Shown here piece by piece: positions 44,653 to 57,366 of a stretch of DNA of 64,000 nucleotides. The position numbers and the translations under genes are program-made. Source of the stretch: Amoebidium appalachense. Its lineage: Eukaryota > Protista > Ichthyosporea. Below the pieces are notes generated by a model. The model worked only from the letters and a program-made list of their open reading frames with translations. It made no database searches and was not told the DNA's origin. Within the stretch, counting starts at the first letter, position 1. Each line of letters begins with the position of its first letter. The stretch covers positions 744,001-808,000 of the forward strand of contig CAVNZM010000006.1 of the NCBI GenBank assembly GCA_963693365.1, read 5' to 3'.

Positions 44653-46151
44653 CGGCAAGAAGGTACCCATTTGTGCCAGCAAGTCCACCCCATCTCTTGC
44701 CCGCACATCCACCCACTCCCTCTCGTCAGACGTAGCCCAGACCCCCAGCCTTCCCCGGCCAGCCCCCAAAACCCCCACCACATCTAGGGGGCCAGCCCCC
44801 AAAACCCCTATGGTTTCTGCCGTTCAGTCACACGGCACTCTTCCACGAAACAAATCCACAGGAAATCTCCATTCGGAGGGGGTGGGGGGGGTCGATGAAA
44901 AAGAGAGTAAAACCCCCAGTATGGCAAGGGCGGATGAAGGCCCGGTGTGTGCGGCTGGAGGGGCAGGACACCCACCCCGTCCCCCTCATTGCCCATCTCA
45001 CAAGGGCACAGTTGCTACACAGCAGCCAGCCATGCCCAGGTCTAAGTCTGTGTCCTCTGTGGCCCCTACTGCAAAGGTTTGCACTCCCCTCCCAAAAACA
45101 TACACGCACACTAACACACTCAGACAATCACACATGCACACACAAGCACAAGCACACTATTCCTGCCACCAACACCAGAAGGTAAGCACGGGCCCAGAGC
45201 CATCTCCATATGGCATCGCTATGCTACATTCTGGCATGGGCCGTATTCCCCCCCCCCCCCCACCCCTCCCCCCTTCAGTCCATCAGTAGAGCACCTACTG
45301 GACAGAATTTGCACCTGTCCCTCCCACATCCTGCTATACAGCACAGACAAGAACAGTCTAAAACACTCAGTGCTGACACGCAGGCAGCCCCACTTCACGT
45401 TGCGATTGCCACAATGTTTATCCCCATGTATAGCATTCAAAGTTTTCAACCATAAATGCATTTCTTATGCACTTGTGATGTGTTATTCGGATAAAGTTCT
45501 ATGAACACGCCTTTGATTATGTTAATTAAACACGCAAATTTCGTAGTTGTTGTTAAACGGGCCGGACACAATAACCCCCTGAGAAGTAGTTTGAGGTGAC
45601 CCACACCACCCACCCACCACCCACAGGCAAACCCATCCGTCCCTCCCAAGCACGCCCCTGCACCGGCCAGGCCCCTCGTGCCCAAGTTTGCCCCCACCCA
45701 CCGAAAGAAAACAAACATTTGGGGGGTTTATAGACTCCCTGGCTGCCGACACACAAGCCCAGACCAATCACAATCCACCATCCAAAAATAGCGCCCAATC
45801 AGCACTCGCCACTCGTCCCATAGCTATCGCCAAGCCCCCAGCCACCATAAAGGGAGCATCCCGTCCCCCTCCTGGTCCCCCACCCAAACCAGTCTCTGTG
45901 CCATCGGCAGGGCAGCCCGCCCAGTCAGAACGCAAGAACTTAAAGCGGCCGGCAGGCGGTGACGAGTCAGACCAAATCGCCAGCCATGCCAAGAAGGCCC
46001 GTCTAATGACGTCATCAGGGCGTGCACCCAAGGCCACTGTGCCTTCAGGGCCCGTGCAGGGGGTCAAGAGGAAGGCATGTGAGGCAGAGGGTGGTGCTGG
46101 TGACGTCACTGCCTCGGCACATAAGATGGGTCCACAGGGTATGGCCTTATA

Positions 46152-46185
<34 letters not shown>

Positions 46186-46554
46186 TTTCCCCCTTCCCCT
46201 CCCCTCTCTCCACAAACACACCCACTCACCCCACCCCACACCACCCTTACAAATGTGCACTACTTCTGCAAAAGTCTCGTGGGTGGTATGTGGTAGCCTG
46301 CACAGTGTTTTTCTCGTGACTTTACGTGCATTGCATTGAACACCGCATTTTACATTTCTCAGTGACCCTGCACAAGTCCACACACGTGATGGGCTGAAAT
46401 GACAGGATGAGTTCGCCCTACCCACACGCCCATCCAAAGTAAACACGATGGCTGAGCGTAGAAGCAGCTTTGTCAGTGCATGGTTCGGTACAGTACAAGT
46501 TAGTCTATGCGCAGGGTGTGGTTTGCATAGCTGATATCTGTACCATGTCTTATC

Positions 46555-46597
<43 letters not shown>

Positions 46598-46784
46598 GGA
46601 AAAAAAAAAAAAAAAAAAGCACACATACACACACACCTGCACGCACACACACAGTTTGCATTGATAGCTCACTGAGCATATTGGTTCTATTTATAGCTCA
46701 CACGTGCACCTTGCAGCCAAGCGGCCGAAGTTTGATTTGGAAGCCAGTCTGCAGCGCCCCCTCAACTATGTTCCCTACAGCGGT

Positions 46785-46822
<38 letters not shown>

Positions 46823-47110
46823 ACAACGACAACAATAGGCAAACAAAAACGCCAGTGTCACTCGTCTCGAACATACTTACAAGCAAAGTGCTGGTTGTGT
46901 CCCCTCCTTGCACTGGAGTTCGGCTTTTTGCTGCAGTGGGAAGGGAGGGGAGGGCCCCCCCGGGGGGGGGGGGGGCTAGCTAACTTTTTGTGGCTAAGGT
47001 GATGTATGCTGACTGACTGTGTGTGTGTGTGTGCAGGCAAGCTGCTGGACGTGCACGAGTCGTACACGGCCAAGAAGAAGAAGCTGCGCACCCAAGAGCC
47101 ACACCCCTAG
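40172..47110 (+). CDS. NUSAP1: Nucleolar and spindle-associated protein (NuSAP) homologue, ~13 exons
   Basis: Exons 40172-40252, 40759-40805, 41199-41256, 41883-41981, 42527-42602, 43014-43082, 43447-43546, 43887-43944, 44651-45076, ~45627-46138, ~46406-46475, 46717-46782, 47037-47110. Motifs: SAP-like LSYKELQQVAKQVGLKAN, a KEN box, many TP sites, PWKKM....KGMENLEDYLARK, and C-terminal FDLEASLQRPLNYVPYSGKL (human FDLKASLSRPLNYEPHKGKL). The phase around exon 10 is unresolved. Confidence 0.85.
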
Positions 47111-47337
47111 GAGGTATGTAGCTTCCTGTTTACTGTTGTGACCTGGATTCGGGAACATACAGCCCCATAGTGAATTTGGTTATAAGGCAGGGCCTTCGGG
47201 GGATGGGGGAGGAGGGGGGAGGGGGGGGGGGCTGGACTTCGCTGGGGTCACTGCTTGGCATGGTGGATCGTAGTACAGTATATCTACCGAAAGTTATTTT
47301 TTTGGCTGGTATAGCTTCCTTGTCCTCTATCACGCAT

Positions 47338-47411
47338 GGCCTCGTGGTGTAGTTGGTTATCACGCATGCTTCACACGCATGAGGTCTCCAGTTCGATCCT
47401 GGACGAGGTCA
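47338..47411 (+). tRNA. tRNA-Val (anticodon CAC)
   Basis: Acceptor stem GGCCTCG/CGAGGTC, D arm GTGTAGTTGGTTATCAC, anticodon arm CATGC-TTCACAC-GCATG, T arm CCAG-TTCGATC-CTGG, and a poly-T terminator immediately after. Confidence 0.96.
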
Positions 47412-47534
47412 TTTTTTTTTTGTTGGTTTTGTTCACTGGGGCTCCCTGATGGATTTGTGCAGCATGTAGACCTGTGGTCCCCCAACCCCCCCCCCCCCGG
47501 CCCCCCGGCCCCAGGCCCCTAACATACAAATGCA

Positions 47535-47685
47535 TGGGTTTGTAATTACCACGGCACAGGTTGTAGAAGAAACAACACACAGCTTGGGTTTGTAATTACC
47601 ACGGCACAGGTTGTAGAAGAAACAACACACAGCTTGGGTTTGTAATTACCACGGCACAGGTTGTAGAAGAAACAACACACAGCTT
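47535..47685. repeat. Perfect 50-bp tandem repeat, 3 copies
   Basis: GGGTTTGTAATTACCACGGCACAGGTTGTAGAAGAAACAACACACAGCTT at 47536, 47586 and 47636, with no spacers. Confidence 0.95.
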
Positions 47686-47898
47686 TTTTATTTTTATCAC
47701 GGGCTCTCCCTTGTTCCCCTTCCCTGCAACTCACAGGCTTTTCTTTGCAGGCCCAAGCATGGAAAGTCATGTGTCTGGAAGCCGGCCCACAAATCGAGCG
47801 AAGAAATTTACAGAGCAGAAGAGTGCAAGCAAACAAGATACTGCAGTGTACGGGCCTCCTGGCCGTGAGCGGCCCGGCCCTTAAAGCCTTTTTTTTTT

Positions 47899-47929
<31 letters not shown>

Positions 47930-48742
47930 GCTTGGCTTGTGGGCTATTTTTTTTTTTTTTTTTTTTCGCCCCCTGTTGTGGGCGTACATAGTATCGGTTT
48001 CTTGTAACAAGTTGTTGTGAACCTACTACTAGGATTTCGCTAACCACCCTAATAATCGACTATGCAATCGTGTTGGAAAAATGGCATTTTACCTTAGGTC
48101 TGGTCACCTGTGCCTTAGGTATGCCCCGAAGAACATTTTTTATATACACCACTATGGGCACGGCTTTTCAGCCTTGCAACGGCTCTAATCACTCTAGTGT
48201 TGTAACGTGTTTGCTGGTGAAAACATAAGACATATTATATTAGTCCCCTTGGTGGCCTGGGGCCCAAAAAAACGATTACGTAACCGCCTCCCGATTCCGG
48301 GCACGAGTCGAAGACTCCCGGAGTGCCGGGCAACATTACAGCTCCCCTGGCGGGCTGGCAGAGTACATAGGTGCATATTGCCGTGAGCGGAAAGACAGTA
48401 CGTTTATATTGCTTACTGACTTGCTTCTCTATAGCTACAGCCGGCCCATGAGCAAGTGAGAGTTGCTGGTCACGGGCCATATTACCTAATCTGATCTTGC
48501 AACTTCCATGATCAACTGAGCCCTGGGCTACATAGCTAGGGCTGGGCTTCTGGTCACATGTGCACAGACCTGCCATTCTTCAAAAATGGTAGAGTGAGAG
48601 CCGTCGCAGAGCAATAAGCACTACGTTAAAAAAACACCTTGTTAGTGGCCCACAGCAGAAGGACCTTGCAATTTCCAACCGCCAAACGTGTCTGCCGTAG
48701 AGTGTGCTTGGTGGTGGGCACCAGTGTGTGCCAAGGGGGGCC

Positions 48743-49687
48743 ATGGCGTTCAAGCTGACGGGGGATGCATATGACGACTACAAGACACAGAAGCAGCAGC
48801 GGGTGCGTTTGAATGTGTGTCTGGGTGTGGGTGTGGGTGTGAGTGTGATGTGGGTGTGCATGTGTTTTGTGTGCTAGTGAGGATGTGGGCGGGTGTAGGG
48901 TTGGGTGTGTTTGGACAAGTGTGTGTCTATTTGTGCCTTTGGGGGAGGGGGGAGAGAGGGGGGTGGGGGCGGTGGGCGGAGGTTAAGGCAGAGGAACGAA
49001 TGCTGGTGAGGAGATTTATATGGAGGAAAGGGAGCCCAAGGGGCGCCACCTCCTACAGTGGCTTTTGTTTTAATGCTCGGGAATGCTCTGCTGCATCGGT
49101 ATCTGCTTGGTGCTACATCTTGATCATGTTCTGGCTTGTGCTGTCAACTTTCGGTGTGGAATAAGTTGCCCTCAACTCTACCTCACAACCCCAAGAGGCG
49201 CACACTTAACGAGCAACCCCTCCCCTTCCCCTGCCCCCCCCGCCCCTCCCCCCTCCCCCTCTTCTTCCCCCCTCCACCCCCTCCACCCCACCCCACCTCA
49301 CCCCCATCCCCACCCCCCCAACACGCACACATAGATACACCACTTGACAACCATCACAACACCCCCCCCCCCCCCCCCCCCCCTCCCTCCTCCCCCTCCT
49401 CCTTCCCCTTCATGTCCCCTTTTATTTATGGCAAACACCTTCTGTCTGTGTGCTCAGTGCCCTACTCTCATGTCTGCAGACACGGACATGATCTTTTAGC
49501 ATAGGTCTTGCTTTACGGCTTTGCATCTCCTAATTATGCGCTGGGCACGGGGTAGCTTGAAAAGAAGAGCCCGGGGAGAGTGGGAAAGGGGGGGGGGGGG
49601 GGAGGAGCTAGTACGTTTACTGGGGGATTTTCTTAATTCACTTGGTTAAAACAACGAGGGGGAGGGGTTGGGGTTGACTTTTTTTTT

Positions 49688-49718
<31 letters not shown>

Positions 49719-49822
49719 GGGGGGAGGGGAAGGGGAGGGAGGGGGGGAGGGGGGGAGGAGGGGGGGGGGGGGGGGGGGGGGGGGGATTTAGCCAGCCTTT
49801 TTTCATGTTGTTGGAAAAGTGA

Positions 49823-49869
<47 letters not shown>

Positions 49870-52100
49870 GGTGATCGATCTATTTACCGGTGTGCTAGTG
49901 TACAAAGAGGGAAGGGTATAGGGCATATTGGGAGGTAGGAGAAGTGTGAGTCGGAGTGGAAGAGATGCCTTGTTTGGAAATTGTGTGTTCTTGGAGTGAA
50001 GGTTGGAAGGGGGGAGGGAGGGGGGGGAGGGAGGGGGGGGGGGGGGGGGGGGGGGAGAGGGGATACACCCAGTTTACGTGTCGATGTTGCATAGAACGCA
50101 CTGTGTTGTTCGCATTTGGTTGTGTCTGGTTCAGCTTGGCATCTCAAAGGGAGGTTGATGATGTCTTCGAAGGCGTACACCCTTGCCTGACCCCCCCCCC
50201 CCAAAAAAAAAAAAAATACCCACTACTTTTTCTTGATTTGATGGAGGAAGGGGGAGGGCGGGGGGGAGGGGGAGGTGGGGAATGGCCTTCTTGAGAAGTG
50301 AAGGAGGGAGAGGGGTGGAGGCGGGGACGGAGGAGGGAAGGGGGAAGGGTGCGGGGGGACGAGGGGGGGGGGAGGGGAGGGGGTCCAGGTTTGGCTGATA
50401 CCGATGGTGTCTGCAGGTTGCAGACTTGCTGGCAGCAAACATACCACAGGATGAGGCAAGAAAGGAACGCAACGGCAAGTGGGTGGCCTGCACGCACGTG
50501 CATACGCACGCACGTACACACTGACAAATTCTAATGGTATACTCGACTACACACGCGTGTATACGTATGTAGGCGCACATGCACAAGTGCACATTACAGA
50601 TGGCTTGTGATGTGTGTGCATGCACGCTTTAACAGCACACACAAGGGCAAAAACATGCACACTTACAATACACACACGTGCACACTCATGTCACATGCAC
50701 ACACGTGTGCCAACCTGTAACACTTAACATATGTAATTTTCGGTTCAATTGGGGGCGTTCGGGCTTTGCGTTTCGCACACCCGTGTTGCATGCAAGCACA
50801 TGGACGCAAACGCCATGGACGCAAACGCCATGGCTAATAGAGGCACACACACACACATACCGGTCACGCGTATGCACACACACAGGCATGCACGTGCTCG
50901 CGCGCGCGCGCGCGTGCACACACACACACACACATACATATACAAACACACACACAAAAACACCCACACAAAAACACCCACACTCACACTAAAAATTACA
51001 CACACACACACACACATACATTGTCTGACATGCACAGTTCTGTTGAAGGTGTTTATAATCATAAACCATAATCCATTTATAAAATATTTCTCCAAGCCAA
51101 AAATTATCACTTAGCCAATTGTGACATCATCTGGTTTGGGTTTGATCAATGTCATATGTAGCACAATCAAGAATCAATAATTCAATGCATGCGACGTGAT
51201 CCTACTCATATGTTCCTCACCCTGTACTCATAATTATTTCCATCACGTCATTGGCAATACTTCTATCTTTGACTTGGCCGCCGCCTTTTTATACCCACCC
51301 ATTGCCTCCCTTAGCCATCTCAATGCAAACCTCAAATCCTTCTGCCCACCCCCCCTCCTTACCCCACTCCCCAAACGTTCCCCCACTTCCCTCCTCCCCC
51401 CCCTCCCCCCCCTTTCCCACGGTTCCTCACGTTCTCCCCCTTCTCCCCCCCCCCCCCCCCTCCCCCCCCCTCCCAGGTACGTGTGCCTGGTGTGTCCGCA
51501 CTGCCCGCTGTTCGACACCATGGCCATGCTTGTGGTCCACAGAAAGGGAAAGAAGCACCAGGCACGTACGTATAAGAGGGGGGGGGGGAGGGGGGGGAGG
51601 GGGGGTATCGGGGTGGGGTTGTTGGGGGGGGGGGGGGGGTAGGGAAGTGGGGGAACGTTGGGGGGGTGGGGGGGGGGGGGGGGGATCATTGGAGTGGGCC
51701 GGGATGGTGAGTGTGTGTGGAGGGTGGGGAGGGTGGTGGTGTTGGATGGGGATGGGAGGTTGGGGGGTGGAAGCAGCAGAGCCGGGGGGGGGGGGGGGAA
51801 TAGGAAGGGGATCTTGTTTGTTGTGCTGGATGTGAATGTTGAGGATATTGTATTTTGGTGGTCCTGTTCGGTTTTCGTTGTGGTTTGAAACACAGGTGGT
51901 TCCATATTTTTGCTAGTCTACAAACCGTATACTCACACAGTCGCACCTAAGCGCTAGCAACATCGCGGAACTACACGTATCTGGGTGTTTGGCATATGTA
52001 GGCACCGGCACACAACTTAGGCGTACACCTGCACATGTACGGAGTCACCCTCGTGCGGACATGCACACACTTGCGCGAGCGGGCGTGCGCGGCACACACA

Positions 52101-52174
<74 letters not shown>

Positions 52175-52386
52175 ACACACACACACATTCCACACCCTTC
52201 CCCACACCACTCATCAGTTGACTTACTACCAGCTCGCCACCTATCATAACCCCACTCGCATCTCTTTACCCCACATCTCCAGATGACAAAGAATACTTCC
52301 AACGGAAACTCAAAAAGGAGGCGGCAAGGGTGAAGGCTGCGAGGTTCGACCAAAAGGTGTGTGGGTCGGGGCGGAAGGGGGAGGAG

Positions 52387-52420
<34 letters not shown>

Positions 52421-53416
52421 GATGTTTTTTGGGGGCTAAGGAAAAAGATTACACGTGCACTGTGCTTCTATTGCTTCTTGTTGGGAGGTGCAGTTGTGTG
52501 GGGCATGCAGCCAGAGCAATTTACAGACATAATGGTGCATGTTCTGGTCGGGGAGTGAAATGGAAAATTCATGTATCGCATGAATACAGAGTGACGATGC
52601 GCACATGCAATCCAACACACAAGAACATTATATACAAGATTTGATACATACAAACATCTTTGGACTCGAATACACAAACACAAAAACAACGGAATGCACA
52701 CATGCCCATACACATACTTTCTTGCCCACTCCCCCCCCGCCCGTCGCCCCTCCCGCGGTGCAATTCTTTGTCCGTAACGCATTCTAACCCTTACCCCCCT
52801 CCCCCCTCCCCCCCTGCCCCCCCCAAACACACACCCAGTCTTCGACCCAGCCAGCCCCTCTCCTCCAAGCAACCAGAGATGCCATTGCCGAAGCCAAAAA
52901 GACACCCCCCCTGCCTGCCCATCCACCCACACAACCGACCACCCACCATCTACCTCCCAACCAGCCACCACAACTACACACCTATGCCGCATGGAGCCCA
53001 CCCTACCCACACACCAACAGCACCCACCCTTATCCACCCTTTCCTCCACCACCCCAACCACCTGTCCGTCCACCTGTGTGGCACCCATCACACAACACAC
53101 AAACACCCTTCCCTCTCCCCTACCATACCGCCCCACCTCCACAAACATGCCACCCTACGTTTGAGAGGAGAGAGGAAAAAGCTGAGGCGAAAGAGCCAGC
53201 ACCACCCACAATTGTAAGCTGATGCATGTGGTGGTGGTTGGTGGGCAAATGGTGGTGGTGTGGAACTTGGAGGGAAGATGTGTTGAGTTTTCGTTTGTTT
53301 CGGCAAGGGTTTATAGAAGGTGATTGCGTCGGTTACGGATCCGTGTGTGTGTGAACCGAAATTTGCTGACGTGTGTATGTGACTGGCTGAGGGGGGGTTG
53401 GAGGGGGGGGGGGGGG

Positions 53417-53447
<31 letters not shown>

Positions 53448-53692
53448 TGTCTAAAGAGGGTGGGTGTATATTGGATGGTGTGGTGCACGAAAGGGGGGGA
53501 AGGGGATTTTTTGTGTCTGTGTGGATTTGTGTAAGCATATAAGAATGAGCCATGCATGTGCCTGTAGACTATGGAGGAGCTGTCAGATGGGGCATATTTG
53601 TAAGTGGGGAAAGACGAGAAGGACTGGTGTACAATCATGTTTGATCATGGCAGCGTTCTGGGTACAAGTCGTGAGTGATGGTGGTGGTGGTC

Positions 53693-53776
<84 letters not shown>

Positions 53777-53916
53777 GCGTGCGTGCGTGTGCGTGTGCGT
53801 GTGCGTGTGCGTGTGCGTGTGTGTCTCTGTGTTGGTGGTGGTAGTTGAAGGGACAGCGGAGACTGACTAGGGCCGGTTCCCACCGTCACACAGCCCGGCT
53901 GGTCAAGGTACTTGAT

Positions 53917-53957
<41 letters not shown>

Positions 53958-54339
53958 ACCCCACCCACCCACAAAAAAAAAAAAAAAAAAAAAAAACTTT
54001 TTTTTGGGCAGGGCACTTTGTGGGGGAGGGAGTTGATTTTTGAAAGATGTGTGGGTTTGTGTGTTTGAGTGCCCTATAGATGTGTGTGTGCATGTCTTTC
54101 GTTTTTTTTTGGTTGTGTAAGGTAAAAGTGTGTGGGTGATTGATGGGGGTAGCTGTGCACGTGCTCCACATGTCACGGGGTGGTGAGCTGGGTCCGTATC
54201 TCTCCCTCATATTTATACGTGCCCTTGTGGTTCATGTTTGAAACGTGTAACTGGACATAGTTGGAAGCTTTAAAGCTAAATGCGGAGAGGAGAAGTGGCG
54301 GCGTGTGTGTGTGTTATGGGGGGGGGGGAGGGGGGGGGA

Positions 54340-54373
<34 letters not shown>

Positions 54374-54840
54374 AATATCATGGGGACAGATAGAGGTCTC
54401 TTATTGCATCTTTGTAATGATCAAAATGACTTTCCTTCCGTGCCCAAAATGGTTGAACCTGCTGGTGGCAAGACAAACACCCTGCACACAGAGAAAGTCG
54501 CAACTGTGACAGCCCATGAATGTGGATGTGCACATGTGAACGCGCATACAGGTATACAGGCGCAGGCACAGCCTCATGCGCCCACAAGCTTGTGCATTGT
54601 CAAGACATGGGCGGCACACATCATTCAAGAGCAATACACACCCACACACACACACCGATTCTGCACACACAGCTGAAACAATCACACACAATAGTGCACA
54701 ATCCACACACGACGTTGTGTGCATGCGGACACACCCTGTGATGCTGACACACACACACACACACACACACACAATTCACAACGCATGCGCGCACACACAC
54801 ACGTGCACACACGTGCAGTCACACATACACGTGTGCACGT

Positions 54841-54917
<77 letters not shown>

Positions 54918-54980
54918 AACGCTGCTGGAGAGTGGGTATACCACAACCCGTCTGTAGAGAGAGAAAGTGACGAGGAATAG
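48743..54980 (+). CDS. SCNM1: Sodium channel modifier 1 (minor-spliceosome zinc-finger protein)
   Basis: Exons 48743-48802, 50417-50478, 51477-51565, 52283-52356, 52839-53213, unresolved small exon(s) at ~53568-54302, and 54917-54980. Motifs MAFKLTGD...[15 protein letters not shown]...[37 protein letters not shown] and the acidic tail GEWV....VERESDEE all match SCNM1. Confidence 0.9.
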
Positions 54981-57366
54981 TCAGGCAGGTCTACCTCTGC
55001 TCCAAATCAACGTAGCATGATACACATTTTTTACCATACCCCCCTTTGGGACCTTTGGTCTTCGAGTTTGCATGGTCGATACCAGTTTTTTCCCCTGCAA
55101 ATCGAAAGATAAACTGACTCATGTTTGACTCAGTGTCTAGTAGATCTGAACAGCTTTGTAAACCAGCTTGAGTTCGGCAAATCTTTCTGACACATATGGT
55201 AACGAGGCAGTGTCTGTGCTAATGATAGTAATCGTTGTTGAATCCGTTAAAATTCTGAAGGCCGTAGAGTATTTGAAACACTGATGTAGAAACATTCTGA
55301 GGGAACTTTTTTGAACTGTTGTACATGCAAAAGCAACATAAATGAATGGTATGATACACACATGCTTGTACATGCTTTGAATGTGCACGTGCCGCAACAC
55401 AGTAAGTTCAGTCGAATAAAGTTTCCACCCTGATAATGATTGATGATGATAATGGAACCCCTTCATGCATGATTCACGCTGCTGCCGCTGAGGGCCACGC
55501 CGCATGCACTCCACATGCACCGGTACCGTGAACACGTCACCGCATCACGTGCATGCGTACGTGCACACAGATCTAGAGCAGAACGAACAGCCGGCGTGCA
55601 CACTGTCCAAGTTCAACGGAGGCCGTACACGTACCGCCACGTTCGCTGCTGGCCGAGTGATTACTATTGACGAACCCATTGTCGAGTCACTGTTTTTTTT
55701 TTCTTCCCCCGGCGGTTTCTGGCAAATTATGTATAATATGACTAAATATGTGTGGAAAAGACCTAATGTTTTTCAAAAAACATCATTTCGAGTTTCGATT
55801 CCGACATCGATCATCAAAAAGTTGCACTTGGTGGCTGCGAGGTATGTGAGCGCCATTCCTGGCATAATGCAGGGCGATCATCCGATTGGTCCACATATTT
55901 GAAACATTTTAATTGGATCGGAACGCATCATGATTCATGATTTTGTTGACATGCATTCCAAGAATTCACTCACAGGACCAGCTGCATGTTGGCCCATGAT
56001 GCCGGCCCGTGTCTGTGTACTATTTCGTTCGCACACGTGTCAAAGTTTATGTGGGCTGCCACGCGGATACTAAAATAACTAATATCATACATGGACATAC
56101 AGTATTTATACCGCTGGAATCATAACGGTTGACTTTCTTTGAACTGCCGTCATTCAACTCCTCTGTTTACTATGTAGTAGATCCCACGTGCGGATAATAC
56201 CATGATACGCACACTTTGCATGCTCTTGGAAGTAGGGACCTCCGACCCTGCGGTCTACAGTCACGATACACAGTAGTAGTAGAGTGGTCAGAGAGTAAGA
56301 ACAGTAACAGGGTGACCCTGAGACATGTTTGTTCCTAGTCTGTTGGAATTTGACAAGTTCCTGCTGGAGCACAGATGCTTTTGAAGAATCATCCCCACGA
56401 AGGATTGTTTGATACATAACCCGCTCACCGTAGGTTGGATGGTCGTGCAGTAATCGAACAAGTGGTGTGATTCGTAAACGTATCTTTCTTGAGCGACCGG
56501 CTTTTTTGTGACAGTGTGCAGCAGTTAAGGTTAACCACACAAACGACTTTATTGCCCCGCTCTCTTTTCATTCACACTTTCCTTTTTCGACACACACGAC
56601 CGACTTGACATCACCGTTTTCTTCACTTGGCATTTTCCCAGCTTTTTAGCATTCCCACCCGTCTCTGACAGTGTGCTCAATCGATGGGGGAACAAACAGC
56701 AACAAGATAACATAAGCTGGGTTAAAACTCGGCGCTTCTCCTGTTTCAGGTCCGACCGCGGCTATGTGCGTCAACACATCATGAGCCCAGGTATATACAT
56801 GTTCCACGTTGCCACGATTAACCATGCATGTCGGTAGGAGCGGAATATATATATAGTGGTTTCACTCTCAGCTCAGTAAACCACACGGTGTATGTTGGTT
56901 CTTTTCGCTCAATCTCGGCATCATGGTGGTGGAATCGCTCTAGCCGTCAATATAAATTGGCACAGTAAATATATCTCGCGAACACTGCCAGGCGAAATGA
57001 TGAGAATGTTTGGGCAACTTGAAATGAGTGTGTGGTGGCAAGTGGCACGCTCTGTCACGGTAGTTGCATATGCACGTTCATCCACTTGTATCTAGGATCA
57101 CGCCCACGCTAGTCTACAGGCCCATCCACTGCAACAGTATGTACCTACCACTGGTGCGAATCTCGATTAACTATTACTTTTAACCCCTTCCCCCCACCCC
57201 ACCCCACCCCTCTTCCCCTCTAGATATTCCCCCGGTCTTTTTTCTTTGTTACCGTGACGTACACCAGTTGAGGAGGGTACCAGTAGCATGTCAAGTTATA
57301 CCTGCATCTGTGCAGTAAAACCTAACCATCACGTACGCAGATATCAACCACTCTGCAACAACGGCC

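Noticed and set aside
47535-47685. CRISPR array
   Set aside because: Units are contiguous and identical, with no spacers and no cas genes, in a eukaryotic context.
48235-48576. 113-aa minus-strand ORF divergent from SCNM1
   Set aside because: No recognisable domain or supporting downstream exons; could be chance.
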